Origin: a bacterium
GTDB taxonomy: Bacteria; RBG-13-61-14; DATKZS01
NCBI GenBank assembly: GCA_963674965.2
Contig: CAXXFL010000001.1
Location: 608,001 to 672,000 of the forward strand
DNA: 64,000 bases
Reading direction: 5' to 3'
Under the pieces are notes generated by a model that was not told the origin of the DNA, did no database searches, and saw only the letters and a list, made by a program, of their open reading frames with translations. Below are positions 29,445-42,251 of the stretch, piece after piece (the first letter of the stretch is position 1; each line of letters starts with the position of its first letter). The position numbers and the translations under genes are program-made.

Positions 29445-30257
29445 ATGAGCAAGACGAAATTGTTTTCTAACTTGGCGGCGATGGCCTGGCTGGCCGCGTT
29501 ACTTGGTTTGGGCTTATACGTTTCCGCCCTCGAGAAGCCTTTATATGAGGGTAATTACGAGGATGGAGAGTATCCTGAGATACTGCCGAGCAAGAACGCG
29601 ATTTACGTGGAGGACCAGTATCGGGCCCGGGGAATAGCTCATAGGACCAGGCGGCTGGAGGAGGATTTCGCATGGATCAAGGAACAGTACGAAAAAATCG
29701 AGCCATTCCAGGAGCCGGCCGATGGAAAGCTGACCCTCGAGCACGTGGATAAATACGTGACCGCCGTCGATTCGTACGCCCGGGACAACAGGGACTTTAA
29801 AAAGAACAGGATCGGCGATAGGCCAAGCGTTTTTTCCGTCTTCGCCTACGTGGGAATGGCCAACAGCCTTTACGAGTACACCAAAACCAAAGCTTTCGTC
29901 AAGGCCGGCATTACCGAGGAGGAATTCGACTGGATAAGGGATAAAATTCTATGGGCGGCCCTTTTCAGCGCTCAATATAATCTGGACCACAATGAGCCGA
30001 CCGGCCTGGATAAAGAACATCTGGAAAAAATGATAAGGTCGATTTATTTCGTTCTTGGCATATTTACGCACGAGGAGCAGGGGGACGTCTTTCATCCGGA
30101 CAGGCTGAAGCTGGATCAAGTGCCGGTTCACGACCTGACTATCTTTCTCGATAATTATCAGAGGATACAGTACCAGAAAGTTCACTTCGATACGCCCACT
30201 AATATAACGTTCGACAAAGAGGCCATATTGGAAGCGGCGCGGAATAATACCCCCTGA
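29445..30257 (+). CDS. Hypothetical exported protein
   Basis: 270-aa ORF with a hydrophobic N-terminus and RBS; no recognised motif. Confidence 0.65.
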   Translation: MSKTKLFSNLAAMAWLAALLGLGLYVSALEKPLYEGNYEDGEYPEILPSKNAIYVEDQYRARGIAHRTRRLEEDFAWIKEQYEKIEPFQEPADGKLTLEHVDKYVTAVDSYARDNRDFKKNRIGDRPSVFSVFAYVGMANSLYEYTKTKAFVKAGITEEEFDWIRDKILWAALFSAQYNLDHNEPTGLDKEHLEKMIRSIYFVLGIFTHEEQGDVFHPDRLKLDQVPVHDLTIFLDNYQRIQYQKVHFDTPTNITFDKEAILEAARNNTP

Positions 30258-30357
30258 AAAACCAACGTAATTTGGAGAACAAACGGCAACGGCCAGCCGG
30301 CCTCCAAGGATTGTTATTGATTCCGGCCTGGGCCGCCCGCGGGATCGGGGAAAACGA

Positions 30358-31131
30358 ATGCCATTTTGGGATTCCTGTAAAGAAGATATAAGGGCGGTCT
30401 TTGACAACGACCCCGCCGCCAGGAGCATGGTCGAGGTCACGCTGACCTACCCCGGCCTGCACGCCATATGGATGCATCGATTCTCCCATTGCCTGTACGA
30501 AAAAAAAAGATACACTCTGGCCAGGATCGTTTCTCACCTGGGCCGATTTCTCACCGGCGTCGAAATACATCCGGGAGCTAAAATCGGCAAAAGAGTGTTC
30601 ATCGATCACGGCATGGGCATAGTTATCGGCGAGACCTCCGAGATCGGAGACGAGTGCCTTCTTTACAAAGGCGTGGTCCTGGGCGGGACCAGCCTGGAAA
30701 AAAAGAAAAGACATCCCACCCTCGGGAAAGGAGTGGTGGTGGGCTCCAACGCCTGCGTGCTCGGCTCGATCCACGTGGGAGACGGGGCCCGGATCGGCTC
30801 CGGATCGGTGGTGATTAAGGACGTTCCCCCCGGCGCGACCGTCGTCGGCGTCCCGGGCAAAATCGTAAAGAGAATGGCGGGTCCCGAATCTATCGATCCC
30901 GACGCGCCCCTCCGCGCCAAGCTCTCTCACGCCGATCTGCCCGACCCGCTGATAGAAGTGCTCGAGGCCTGGATGGGCCTCCTGAACCGCTATGAGGACC
31001 GCATCAAAAGGCTCGAGGACCACCATGAAATCAAGTCCGAGAACCTTGCCGAGGCTTTCAGGAGCCAGATGCCGCTTCTTAGCGACGAGCTTTCCAAATC
31101 CGGCGCGGCCCCTGAAGAGGAGGATGAATGA
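30358..31131 (+). CDS. cysE: Serine O-acetyltransferase
   Basis: DPAA, YPGLHA, TGVEIHPGA, FIDHGMG, KRHPT. Confidence 0.95.
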   Translation: MPFWDSCKEDIRAVFDNDPAARSMVEVTLTYPGLHAIWMHRFSHCLYEKKRYTLARIVSHLGRFLTGVEIHPGAKIGKRVFIDHGMGIVIGETSEIGDECLLYKGVVLGGTSLEKKKRHPTLGKGVVVGSNACVLGSIHVGDGARIGSGSVVIKDVPPGATVVGVPGKIVKRMAGPESIDPDAPLRAKLSHADLPDPLIEVLEAWMGLLNRYEDRIKRLEDHHEIKSENLAEAFRSQMPLLSDELSKSGAAPEEEDE

Positions 31132-32294
31132 TCGGCGGCGCGGGGGAGTCGGGCGCCGACCTTCTGGCTGACGGGAGGCCTAAACGCCTATATCCCGAAG
31201 CGATTATCATTTTTCTGCTCGTTATGTTTTCACTGTCAGCCGGTTCCAAATCCTGGAAAAAACCTCCGACCGTTCGGGTGAAGGTGGGCGACATCTCGAG
31301 TCCCAAGAATCTTTCCGGAAAGAATTTAAGGTGGAGCGCGGGACCGGTCAAAGGAGAGGGACAGGCTTTGGTTGCCTTTAGCGCGGGTAAAATTACCGTC
31401 AATAAAAGGCCCGCTTCCTTTCCCGTCACCTTTATGGCGGATGGTCCGATCTCGGTGGGCGGCGAGGCGTTTCGAGGCGATCTCGTTATTTCATCCGGAG
31501 GACCTCCCATTATAATTAACCACGTGGACCTCGAGTCCTACGTGGCGGGCGTTATCAACCAGGAGATTGACTCGAGATGGCCCGAGGCCGCGGTGGACGC
31601 CCAGGCCATACTGGCCCGCACCTACGCCATAAGGAAAGCCAGGGCGAAAAAGGACGCGCCCTATGATCTCGAGCGCACGGTGGCGGACCAGGTCTACGGC
31701 GGGGTGGCGGCTGAGGACGAGTTGGCCTGGGCCTCGGTCGAGCGCACCAGGTCCTTGGTTCTTATGTATAACGGAGAGCCGGCCGCCGCCAACTATCACG
31801 GATGCTGCGGCGGCAGGACCGAGCTTCCCAGCTCGGTTTGGGGAGGGAAAGACGAGCCATATCACAAGTCCGTGGTCTGTCCCTATTGCCGCAACGCGCC
31901 GCGATATTTCTGGCGTTTTCCGGAAAGGGGCGCGATGAGCGGGCGCGAGCTTGCCTCCATGCTCGGCCTGGCGGGAAGCGTAAAAGACGCCCGCGTGTCC
32001 AAAAGGACGGCCGGAGGAAGAGCGTTGTCTTTGACTCTCGCGGCGGGGTCGGGAACGATCGAGATGGCGGCCAAGGATTTCAGGTCGAAAATAGGCTACT
32101 CGAGGGTTTTCTCCACCGCCTTCGAGATCGAGGCGGAGCGGGAAGGTTTCGTTATCCGAGGGTCCGGCTCGGGACACGGGGCCGGCCTGTGCCAATGGGG
32201 CGCGAGGGGCATGGCGGAAGCCGGAGCCAAGAGCAAGGAAATTCTCGATTTCTATTTCCCGGGAACCGGCGTCGAGCCTTGGGACCCGGCCTGA
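31128..32294 (+). CDS. SpoIID/LytB domain lytic transglycosylase
   Basis: LESYVAGV..EI...WP..A..AQAILARTYA, DQVY, GSGHGAGLCQWGA. Confidence 0.92.
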   Translation: MIGGAGESGADLLADGRPKRLYPEAIIIFLLVMFSLSAGSKSWKKPPTVRVKVGDISSPKNLSGKNLRWSAGPVKGEGQALVAFSAGKITVNKRPASFPVTFMADGPISVGGEAFRGDLVISSGGPPIIINHVDLESYVAGVINQEIDSRWPEAAVDAQAILARTYAIRKARAKKDAPYDLERTVADQVYGGVAAEDELAWASVERTRSLVLMYNGEPAAANYHGCCGGRTELPSSVWGGKDEPYHKSVVCPYCRNAPRYFWRFPERGAMSGRELASMLGLAGSVKDARVSKRTAGGRALSLTLAAGSGTIEMAAKDFRSKIGYSRVFSTAFEIEAEREGFVIRGSGSGHGAGLCQWGARGMAEAGAKSKEILDFYFPGTGVEPWDPA

Positions 32295-32481
32295 AAAAAT
32301 TCCGGGCGGACTTTTTTCCCAAGGGAAAATAATATAGAATGCTACGAGTTGGCTCAAGAGAAAAGACGTTTTATCGCGAGAGCTTAGTCGGAGTTTAACC
32401 CATAAGCCCGAAAGCGGGGCTAAAAAGCCTTGCCGCGTTTTGCCGCGACGAATAATCTAGGAAACACAGGGAGCTTTGGCC

Positions 32482-33606
32482 ATGGAACCCAGTCAAACGG
32501 TTAAAGAATTGCAAGAAGAAATACAGGGCCTGCGCGAGGAGTACGACAAGCTGCTCGAGGCCAACCAGGTTCTGAACGAAAGGATTATCGAGGTCTATAC
32601 GCTTTATAACGTGAGCAGGACCCTTTCCATGTCCCTCCAGTTAAACGAGCTGCTCGATCTCGTTATGAGCCTGATCGGCAAGTCCCTTAACATCAACCGC
32701 TTCTCTCTCATGCTCCTGGACGAGCAAACAAGGAAGCTCTCCATAAGGGCCGCACACGGACTGGCGGACGAGATTCTTTTTCACGGCGAGTTCGATCCCG
32801 AGGCGGGTCTCTCGGGCAAGGCCTTTTCCAAGGGCGAGCCCGTGATCGTCGAGGACCTGTCAAAGACCAACGATTTTATTTATTTCCAGGGCTCGGGCCT
32901 TGACAAGGGAAGCTACCTGGGAGTGCCGCTTAAAAGGCCGGCCGGCACGGTAATAGGCGTGCTTAACGCCCACAAGTCCTCGTCCGGGGCTTTCAAGGAT
33001 TCCGACCTTCGCCTGTTCAAGGCCGTCTCCGAGCACGTGGCCGTGGCCATAGACCACGCCCTCGCCTTCCAGCAGACCCAGGAACTGATGAGCCGGGACG
33101 AACTGACCAACCTTTACAACCGCCGCTACTTCTTCGAGCGCTTCGAGAGGGAAGTTTACAGGGCCGAGCGCTACGGCCGTAGACTCTCGGTACTTATGAT
33201 AGACATCGATCATTTTAAAAATTATAACGATACTTATGGCCACCTGCGGGGCGACCAGGCCCTAAGGCGCATGGCCAGACTCCTCGAGGCCAACCTGAGA
33301 AGAGCGGACATCATCGCCAGGTACGGCGGCGAGGAATTTTTGGTCCTCCTGCCCGAGACCGAGAAAGACGACGCGGTGAAAGTCTGCGAAAAGCTCCGGA
33401 GCGAGGTCGAGAAAATCGATTTTAACGACGACGCCCCCAGGCTTGACAAGGCTGGGATGACCATCACCCTGGGCGTGGCCAGTATGCCCGACGACTCGGA
33501 GGAGGCCATCGAGCTTATCGACCTGGCCGACAAGGCCCTTTATTACGGCAAGGCCCAGGGCAGGAACCGCGTCTGTTGCGAGGTCCCGACCGCCTCGGGG
33601 AAATAG
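32482..33606 (+). CDS. GAF-domain diguanylate cyclase
   Basis: Coiled coil, GAF, DELT.LYNRR, DIDHFK, RxxD I-site and GGEEF. Confidence 0.92.
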   Translation: MEPSQTVKELQEEIQGLREEYDKLLEANQVLNERIIEVYTLYNVSRTLSMSLQLNELLDLVMSLIGKSLNINRFSLMLLDEQTRKLSIRAAHGLADEILFHGEFDPEAGLSGKAFSKGEPVIVEDLSKTNDFIYFQGSGLDKGSYLGVPLKRPAGTVIGVLNAHKSSSGAFKDSDLRLFKAVSEHVAVAIDHALAFQQTQELMSRDELTNLYNRRYFFERFEREVYRAERYGRRLSVLMIDIDHFKNYNDTYGHLRGDQALRRMARLLEANLRRADIIARYGGEEFLVLLPETEKDDAVKVCEKLRSEVEKIDFNDDAPRLDKAGMTITLGVASMPDDSEEAIELIDLADKALYYGKAQGRNRVCCEVPTASGK

Positions 33607-33610
33607 GGGG

Positions 33611-35819
<2,209 letters not shown>

Positions 35820-36209
35820 ATGATAGACTGGACGGCCCTTATGGGCCTTATCGCCATGGCGCCGCCCGAGGGCGGAGAGGGCGGGGGCGCCCTCGGCAGT
35901 TTGCTTTTACCCATGGTGGCGGTATTTTTCGTGTTCTACCTTTTAATCATGCGTCCCGAAAAGAGGAAAAAGGAAGAGCGGGAAAGGATGCTGGGCGCCC
36001 TCGAGCGCGGCGACGAGGTAGTCACCGCGGGGGGCATCCTCGGCAAGATCACGGCCATAACCGACGCCACGGTGACCCTCGAGGTCGCCCCCGGCGTGAA
36101 AATAAAATTCAGCCGCCAGCATATCAGCGGTCCGGCCAACCCGGAGAACAAGGCGGCGGTTGACAAGGGAAAGGAAAACGGCAAAAAGGGAAAGGACAAA
36201 AACAAATAA
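35820..36209 (+). CDS. yajC: Preprotein translocase subunit YajC
   Basis: FYLLIMRP, GDEVVTAGGI.G; synteny with tgt-secDF. Confidence 0.93.
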   Translation: MIDWTALMGLIAMAPPEGGEGGGALGSLLLPMVAVFFVFYLLIMRPEKRKKEERERMLGALERGDEVVTAGGILGKITAITDATVTLEVAPGVKIKFSRQHISGPANPENKAAVDKGKENGKKGKDKNK

Positions 36210-36254
36210 CGGGTCCTTTCAAATCCGCCGATAGCCGTTAAGGGGAAACAGGCA

Positions 36255-38033
36255 ATGGAAAAAAGTTTGAAGTACAGATTGGCGCTGGTGACGGTCATAC
36301 TGGTCGTCGCCTTTACCTCCCTGGTCCCGTCCGTCAAGTACGACTACGGGAACAACAAGTCCGAGCTGCCCGAGTGGTGGACCGATGGGTTCCTGTCGGG
36401 GGTCCTGCCCCAGAAGCACCTGACCCTGGGACTGGACCTGCAGGGAGGCATGGACGTGGTCCTGGGCGTGAACGCCGAACAGGCCGTGGTAAACGAGCTC
36501 AAATATATCACGGAAGTAATCGGCGACTATTTCAAGGACAGGGACGTAAAATATACCAGCCTCGAGCTTGACGCCAAGGCGCAGGCGATCAAGGTGGTTT
36601 TTCCCGACCGGGAGGTCATGGAAAAGGGCGCTCGGGTCATCTCCAAGAATTTCGCCTCCCTTGTCATCAAGGAGGGGGAAGACACGCTGAAGCAGACTTA
36701 TACTCTCAGGGAGTCGGAGAAGCGCCACGTTCTTTCCAAGTCCATCGATCAGGTGCGGGAGATTCTCGCGAGGCGCATAGACAACCTTGGTCTCACGGAG
36801 CCGGAAATAGCGGTTCAGGGAGACAATCAGATACGGGTCCAGCTTCCCGGCCGGCAGGACCCCGAGAGGATTAAAAAGATACTCCGGGAATCGGGCAAGC
36901 TCGAGTTCATGATCGTTTCCGGAGTGGGAAGGACCAGGGAATCGGTCGAGCAGCAGACGGGAGCAAAGCCGCAGGGCATGAACCTTGTCACCTGGCAGGA
37001 CCCGACCCGGCCGGACTTCAAGGTCGAGTGTTATTTCACCATGGACGTGGGAGTATCGGAAGGTCCCGTTCCTCCCCGCAGAAGGCTGGCCGAGGGCAAG
37101 GAGAGCATGGAGGACCAGGCCGGCGCGACCTGTTATCTTTTAACCGAGGAAATGATGGTCTCGGGCAAGGACTTAAAGGACGCCCGTCCCGGATACGACC
37201 CTAACAACACCTACGCCTCGGTGGTCAACTTTCAGCTCAACATGAAGGGCGCCCAGCGTTTTGGCAAGCTTACGGGCGAGAACGTCCAGGAGCGGCTGGC
37301 CATCGTGTTGGAGGACAAGGTGGTCACGGCGCCGGTCATCCAGAGCAAGATTTTCAACCGGGGCCAGATCACGGGCGGCTTTACTCAGGAGGAGGCCACC
37401 GACCTGGCCAACGTGCTCCGGTCCGGCGCCATGGACGTGAGCATCATCATCGAGGAGGAAAGGACCGTCGGCGCCACCCTGGGAGCCGACTCGATCCACA
37501 AGGGACAGGTGGCCATCTTCTGGGGCTTCATCGTCGTGATCTTATTCATGGGCGTTTATTACAGCATAGGCGGCTTGATCGCCGACTTCGCCCTGCTCAT
37601 GAACCTGGTGCTCATCATGTCCGCCCTCAGCTTTTTCGGCGCGACCCTCACCCTGCCCGGCATAGCGGGTCTGGTCCTTACCGTGGGCATGGCCGTGGAC
37701 GCCAACGTGCTTATATTCGAGAGGGTAAGGGAGGAGTTGAGGACCGGCAAGACGCCCCGGGCGTCCATCGAGGCCGGGTACGCCAAGGCCCTCTGGACCA
37801 TTCTCGACGCCAACATCACCACCATGATCGCGGCCCTGGTGTTGCTCCAGTGGGGAACCGGACCGATCAAGGGGTTCGCCGTGACCCTGGCGCTGGGCAT
37901 CGTAAGCAGCTTGTTCACGGCCATCGTCGTTACCCGAGTAGTGTATGACCTCATCTTCAGTACCCAAAAGGACGCCAAGCTAAGGATAGGCATCAGCCTC
38001 GAGCCCGCGGCGGACCTCGAGGGTAAAAGGTAG
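36255..38033 (+). CDS. secD: Protein translocase subunit SecD
   Basis: LGLDLQGG, VQLPG, TLPGIAG, GMAVDANVLIFER, KGFAVTL. Confidence 0.97.
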   Translation: MEKSLKYRLALVTVILVVAFTSLVPSVKYDYGNNKSELPEWWTDGFLSGVLPQKHLTLGLDLQGGMDVVLGVNAEQAVVNELKYITEVIGDYFKDRDVKYTSLELDAKAQAIKVVFPDREVMEKGARVISKNFASLVIKEGEDTLKQTYTLRESEKRHVLSKSIDQVREILARRIDNLGLTEPEIAVQGDNQIRVQLPGRQDPERIKKILRESGKLEFMIVSGVGRTRESVEQQTGAKPQGMNLVTWQDPTRPDFKVECYFTMDVGVSEGPVPPRRRLAEGKESMEDQAGATCYLLTEEMMVSGKDLKDARPGYDPNNTYASVVNFQLNMKGAQRFGKLTGENVQERLAIVLEDKVVTAPVIQSKIFNRGQITGGFTQEEATDLANVLRSGAMDVSIIIEEERTVGATLGADSIHKGQVAIFWGFIVVILFMGVYYSIGGLIADFALLMNLVLIMSALSFFGATLTLPGIAGLVLTVGMAVDANVLIFERVREELRTGKTPRASIEAGYAKALWTILDANITTMIAALVLLQWGTGPIKGFAVTLALGIVSSLFTAIVVTRVVYDLIFSTQKDAKLRIGISLEPAADLEGKR

Positions 38034-38048
38034 AGGGGGAGTTGTAAA

Positions 38049-39047
38049 ATGGAATTTATCAAGCCTGATACCAATGTAAACTTCGTGGGCTACAGAAAAA
38101 TAGCCCTTGTCGTCTCGGGAGCTTTAATCCTGGCCAGCCTGGCCGCTCTAGTTATAAAAGGACCCAACTGGGGTATCGACTTCGCCGGCGGCGCCGAGAT
38201 GCAGATACAGTTCGAAAAGCCCCTCGGCATCGACGGCATGGCCAAGCTCAGGACCGCCATTGAGTCCCTCGGCCTGGGCGACGTCAAGGTGCAGGAAGTA
38301 AAGGACGTGGGACAGACCGAGACCTCGATATACCTTATACGGATGGAAAGCCTGAACGTGGAGGAGGAAAACCAGGCCGATCCCTCGGGGGAGGCGGGCG
38401 CCGAATCCGATGAGTCGGTTATGAAGGTCGAGGCCCAATTGACCAAGACCTTCGGCGAGGGCTCGTACGAGATTTTGAAAACCGACTTCGTCGGTCCCCG
38501 CGTGGGCGACGAGCTCAGGAACGCCGGCTACTTCTCCATCGGCTTCGCCATGATCCTTATCCTGATCTACGTGTCACTCCGCTTCGAGCTTCGGTTCGCC
38601 ATCGGCGCCGTGCTGGCCCTCATCCACGACGTGATAATCACCACGGGCGCCTTCGTGATCATGGACAAGGAATTCAACCTGGCCATCATCGCCGCGATCC
38701 TTACCATCATCGGTTACTCGCTTAACGACACCATCGTCGTTTTCGACCGGGTCAGGGAGAACGTCAGGCGTCTGAGGAGACTGAGCTTTCCCGACATGAT
38801 CAACGCCTCGGTCAACGAGACCCTGTCAAGGACCCTTTTGACCTCTTGCACTACCCTGGTCGTGGTCTTTTTCCTCTGGCTTTTAGGAGGCGGCGTTATT
38901 CACGACTTCGCCTTCGCCCTGCTTGTGGGAGTTATCGTGGGTACTTATTCGTCCATTTTCGTCGCCAGCTCTTTCATCATCGCCTGGGACGAATTCAAGG
39001 CGGCCAGGCGCTCGCCGGTCGCGCTCGACAAGAAGACGGCCGACTAG
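38049..39047 (+). CDS. secF: Protein translocase subunit SecF
   Basis: GIDFAGG, HDV, GYSLNDTIVVFDRVRE, GTYSSIFVA. Confidence 0.97.
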   Translation: MEFIKPDTNVNFVGYRKIALVVSGALILASLAALVIKGPNWGIDFAGGAEMQIQFEKPLGIDGMAKLRTAIESLGLGDVKVQEVKDVGQTETSIYLIRMESLNVEEENQADPSGEAGAESDESVMKVEAQLTKTFGEGSYEILKTDFVGPRVGDELRNAGYFSIGFAMILILIYVSLRFELRFAIGAVLALIHDVIITTGAFVIMDKEFNLAIIAAILTIIGYSLNDTIVVFDRVRENVRRLRRLSFPDMINASVNETLSRTLLTSCTTLVVVFFLWLLGGGVIHDFAFALLVGVIVGTYSSIFVASSFIIAWDEFKAARRSPVALDKKTAD

Positions 39048-39137
39048 CGGCCCCATCGGCCCAATTGACAAAAGGGCGGGGCCTGGGCCGTCCCGCCCGG
39101 CCGGGCTTTTGGACAAGGCCCGAAAAGGACCGCCGCG

Positions 39138-39674
39138 ATGGATATTGCCATTATCGTTATCGCCTGGATCGGGTTGATCTTCTTTTTCGGGATCATGGCC
39201 CTGGCCCTTCTATCCCACCTTCTCGGCCTGCCCGGCAATTGGGTCATATTGGCCGAGACCCTCATTTATGGACTTATCACCTGGTGGGACAAGGGCATAG
39301 CCGGCTGGGACCTTTTGGCCCTGGCCCTTATGGCCGGCGCGGGAGAGCTGGGAGAATTCCTGGTCACGGCTTACGGCGCGCAAAAATTCGGGGCCGAGAA
39401 GAAGGCCATTTACGCCGCCCTGGCCGGAGGACTTCTAGGCGCCATCCTCGGGAACATGGTGATCGTAATCATCGGCGCCCTGATCGGGGCCTTTGCCGGC
39501 GTCTTTCTCGGAGCGGCCCTCCTGACCTACTACTACGAAAAGGACGCGGGTAAAGCCGCCAAGGCCGGAATAGGCGCCTTTATGGGACGGCTCGGCGCCG
39601 TTCTTCTAAAAGGGACCATGGGCGTGGCCATGGCCGCGGTCATCCTTACCCAGATCGTACCCTACCTGCTGTGA
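39138..39674 (+). CDS. DUF456-family membrane protein
   Basis: LPGNW, Gly-rich TM helices, GA.IGAFAG pattern. Confidence 0.8.
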   Translation: MDIAIIVIAWIGLIFFFGIMALALLSHLLGLPGNWVILAETLIYGLITWWDKGIAGWDLLALALMAGAGELGEFLVTAYGAQKFGAEKKAIYAALAGGLLGAILGNMVIVIIGALIGAFAGVFLGAALLTYYYEKDAGKAAKAGIGAFMGRLGAVLLKGTMGVAMAAVILTQIVPYLL

Positions 39675-39762
39675 AACTCTCCGCCAAAAAATTTATGGGC
39701 AACCCAACGTCCGGAGAAGCCGCTTCAAAGGGCGGCGGAAAATAATCGAGGACCCCGGCCCT

Positions 39763-41463
39763 ATGGAATGGCTCATTCGCGCGCAAGACAAGGCCAAAGT
39801 TTTCGAGCTGGCCGAGACCCTGTCCGTGCCCCCCCTTATAGCCTGGGTACTTCTTAACCGGAGGATAGGCGATCCCGAAATCGCCCGGGAATTTTTGGAG
39901 CCCAAGCTTTCTCATCTGGCGCCCAAGCTGGAAATGGCGGGAATGGCAAAGGCCGTTTCGCGGATAATCGCCGCCCTCGAGAATAGGGAGATTATTGGCG
40001 TCCATGGCGATTACGACGTTGACGGCATCACCGGCGCGGCCGTCTTTATAAAGTTTATCGAGGAACTTGGCGGTGGGGTTACATGGCGTTTGCCTCACCG
40101 GGCCCGGGAAGGATACGGCATGAAGCCGGAGGGTATCGATGACCTCCACCGGGAAGGGGCGAGCCTCATCGTCGCCGTCGATTGCGGGTCCAACGACTTC
40201 GCGGCGGTGGAGCGGGCCAACGAGCTGGGCCTCGACGTGATCGTGGCCGACCACCACCAGGTTACGGTCGGACTGCCGCCCGCGCTGGCGGTCATCAATC
40301 ACAACCGGGAAGATTGCCCCATGCGCGGATGCGAGCTTTCCGGAGCGGGCGTGGCTTTTTACCTGATCGCGGCGGTCCGGGCCAGGCTTAGGGAGACCGG
40401 CGTCCTCGATGCCGACGGCGGGCCCAACCTGCTGAATTACCTAGACCTTGTGGCCCTGGGCGCCGTGGCCGACGTCGTGCCCCTGACCGGGCTCAACCGG
40501 GCGCTGGTGTATTTCGGGCTCGAGAGGATCAATAAAGGAGGACGTCCGGGAATAATCCAGCTTCAAAGAGTGGCGGGGTCCATGGGCAAGATCGCCGGGA
40601 CCGGCCAGTTGGCCTTCCATCTCGCGCCCCGCCTGAACGCGGCGGGAAGGATGGACGACGCGTCCCTTGCCCTCCGGCTCCTCCTGGAGGAAAGCGAAAG
40701 GGAGGCGGGAATGATCGCGGACCAACTCGAGAAGATGAACCAGACGCGAAGAAGAGTTGAAGAGAATATTTTCCAGGAGGCCCAAAAACAACTGGAAGGA
40801 GAGGATGATGACCTTCCAGCTCTGGTGACCCACGGACAGGGATGGCACGTGGGCGTGATAGGTATCGTGGCGTCCCGCTTGGTCGAGAAGTACGGAAAAC
40901 CCGCGGCGGTCATCGGAGTTCACGACGGAGTGGGGAAAGGGTCGCTGCGAGGGGTCTCCGGCCTCAACCTGCACGAAGTATTAAAGTCCTGTTCTCATCT
41001 TTTCGAAAGGTTCGGCGGACATTCGGGCGCGGCGGGCATAACCATAAAAAATGAAAATATCTCGGCGTTTAGGAATGAATTTTCCCGTATTGTCGGCGAG
41101 TCGCTTGGGAAAAAAGTTTTTGGTCCGGCGCTGAAAGTCGACGCCGAGTGGCCCCTTAACCAGGTTGACCGCGATCTTATCAATGACCTGGAGAAGCTAA
41201 AGCCCCATGGGATGGGAAATCCCGAGCCCAGCTTTTGCGCCAGGGGTGTCCTGGTCCAGTGGTCCAGGGAGGCCCGCTCGAATACTCTGCTGATGGGACT
41301 CGAGGAAAAAGGCGCGTCCTTTACCTGCGTCGGCTTTCGGATGGCCGACAGGCGCCCCGAGCCGGGCGAAAGGATCGACGTGGTCTATACTCCCATCTTG
41401 GATTCATATCAGGGCGTAGAAAAAATCAAGTTAAGAATCAAAGACTTCCATGTCCTTTTATGA
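39763..41463 (+). CDS. recJ: Single-stranded DNA exonuclease RecJ
   Basis: GDYDVDG, DCG, DHH, PRLNAAGR, GVIGIVASRL, GGH..AAG, GNPEP. Confidence 0.96.
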   Translation: MEWLIRAQDKAKVFELAETLSVPPLIAWVLLNRRIGDPEIAREFLEPKLSHLAPKLEMAGMAKAVSRIIAALENREIIGVHGDYDVDGITGAAVFIKFIEELGGGVTWRLPHRAREGYGMKPEGIDDLHREGASLIVAVDCGSNDFAAVERANELGLDVIVADHHQVTVGLPPALAVINHNREDCPMRGCELSGAGVAFYLIAAVRARLRETGVLDADGGPNLLNYLDLVALGAVADVVPLTGLNRALVYFGLERINKGGRPGIIQLQRVAGSMGKIAGTGQLAFHLAPRLNAAGRMDDASLALRLLLEESEREAGMIADQLEKMNQTRRRVEENIFQEAQKQLEGEDDDLPALVTHGQGWHVGVIGIVASRLVEKYGKPAAVIGVHDGVGKGSLRGVSGLNLHEVLKSCSHLFERFGGHSGAAGITIKNENISAFRNEFSRIVGESLGKKVFGPALKVDAEWPLNQVDRDLINDLEKLKPHGMGNPEPSFCARGVLVQWSREARSNTLLMGLEEKGASFTCVGFRMADRRPEPGERIDVVYTPILDSYQGVEKIKLRIKDFHVLL

Positions 41464-41557
41464 GAAACGGCCGGCGCGGGACAAGCGGGCGTAACCTTTT
41501 TATCGATCGGGCGTCACTAACCATTAAAGTATGAATTCGATAAAAGAAGGCCAAGAA

Positions 41558-41815
41558 ATGACGGAAGTAGACCAGAACCATTGTCCCAGACACCCCGACC
41601 AATCGGTCGTGGCCAGATGCGTCAGGTTTAATCGCAGGTTCTGCGAGTTGTGTTTCCAGGACCCTGACGATAAGCCCGAGTGCCTCTCCGAGGGCACCTA
41701 TTGCGAATACCGCTCCCAATGCACCCTCTACGAGCGAGTAAAGAGGAGAAGGAGGGAGGAGAGGCGAAAAGCCGCCGAATCGGCGTCCACGTCCGCCGAG
41801 GCTGGAGGAGCTTGA
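41558..41815 (+). CDS. Small Cys-rich (B-box-like zinc-binding) protein
   Basis: CPRHP..C....FCELC...C.....YCEYRSQC. Confidence 0.65.
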   Translation: MTEVDQNHCPRHPDQSVVARCVRFNRRFCELCFQDPDDKPECLSEGTYCEYRSQCTLYERVKRRRREERRKAAESASTSAEAGGA

Positions 41816-41861
41816 TAAGTTTTTCTTCTCTTTTTACAATCCCGTGCTATAATATGCCTTC

Positions 41862-42104
41862 ATGGCGCTTGCCCGACTGATAGCCGTATTTAACGGAGAC
41901 CTTGAGGAATCCACTGAAACCTATAAATTTCTGCAGGGCCACCTGGTGCCGGTTAAGATGATACCCGACGTTACTTCTCCTCCGCTTCCGGGCCAGGCGG
42001 CCGACGACGTCAGGACCCGCTACAGCCTTTACGTTCTTCTGGTCGGCGAGGAAGACGCCGAATGGGCCGAGGGCCTTATAAAGGCTTACGTGGCCGGACG
42101 CTGA
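41862..42104 (+). CDS. Small hypothetical protein (DUF2007-like)
   Basis: 80-aa ORF with a C-terminal V.EEDAE.A..LI pattern. Confidence 0.55.
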   Translation: MALARLIAVFNGDLEESTETYKFLQGHLVPVKMIPDVTSPPLPGQAADDVRTRYSLYVLLVGEEDAEWAEGLIKAYVAGR

Positions 42105-42175
42105 TCCTCCATTATTGTCTTTGCCCGCTAAGTGAATACAAGATAATATCATCATAGTGCATGGCGAATGTTAGC

Positions 42176-42202
42176 CTCACGAAAAACTAACGAAATCTTA
42201 AT
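42176..42202 (+). promoter_or_regulatory. Putative Pho box upstream of phoB
   Basis: CTCAC/CTAAC/TTAAT at 42176, 42187 and 42198 (11-bp period). Confidence 0.5.
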
Positions 42203-42251
42203 GCGAGTGGTTTAACCTTAAGCTTAGCTTGAACTTTTAAGGATTAATAAA

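Noticed and set aside
32385-32450. c-di-GMP-I riboswitch upstream of the diguanylate cyclase
   Set aside because: Only a short AGCCC-GAAAGCG-GGGCT hairpin; the conserved GEMM core and second stem could not be identified. An Infernal/Rfam search would settle it.
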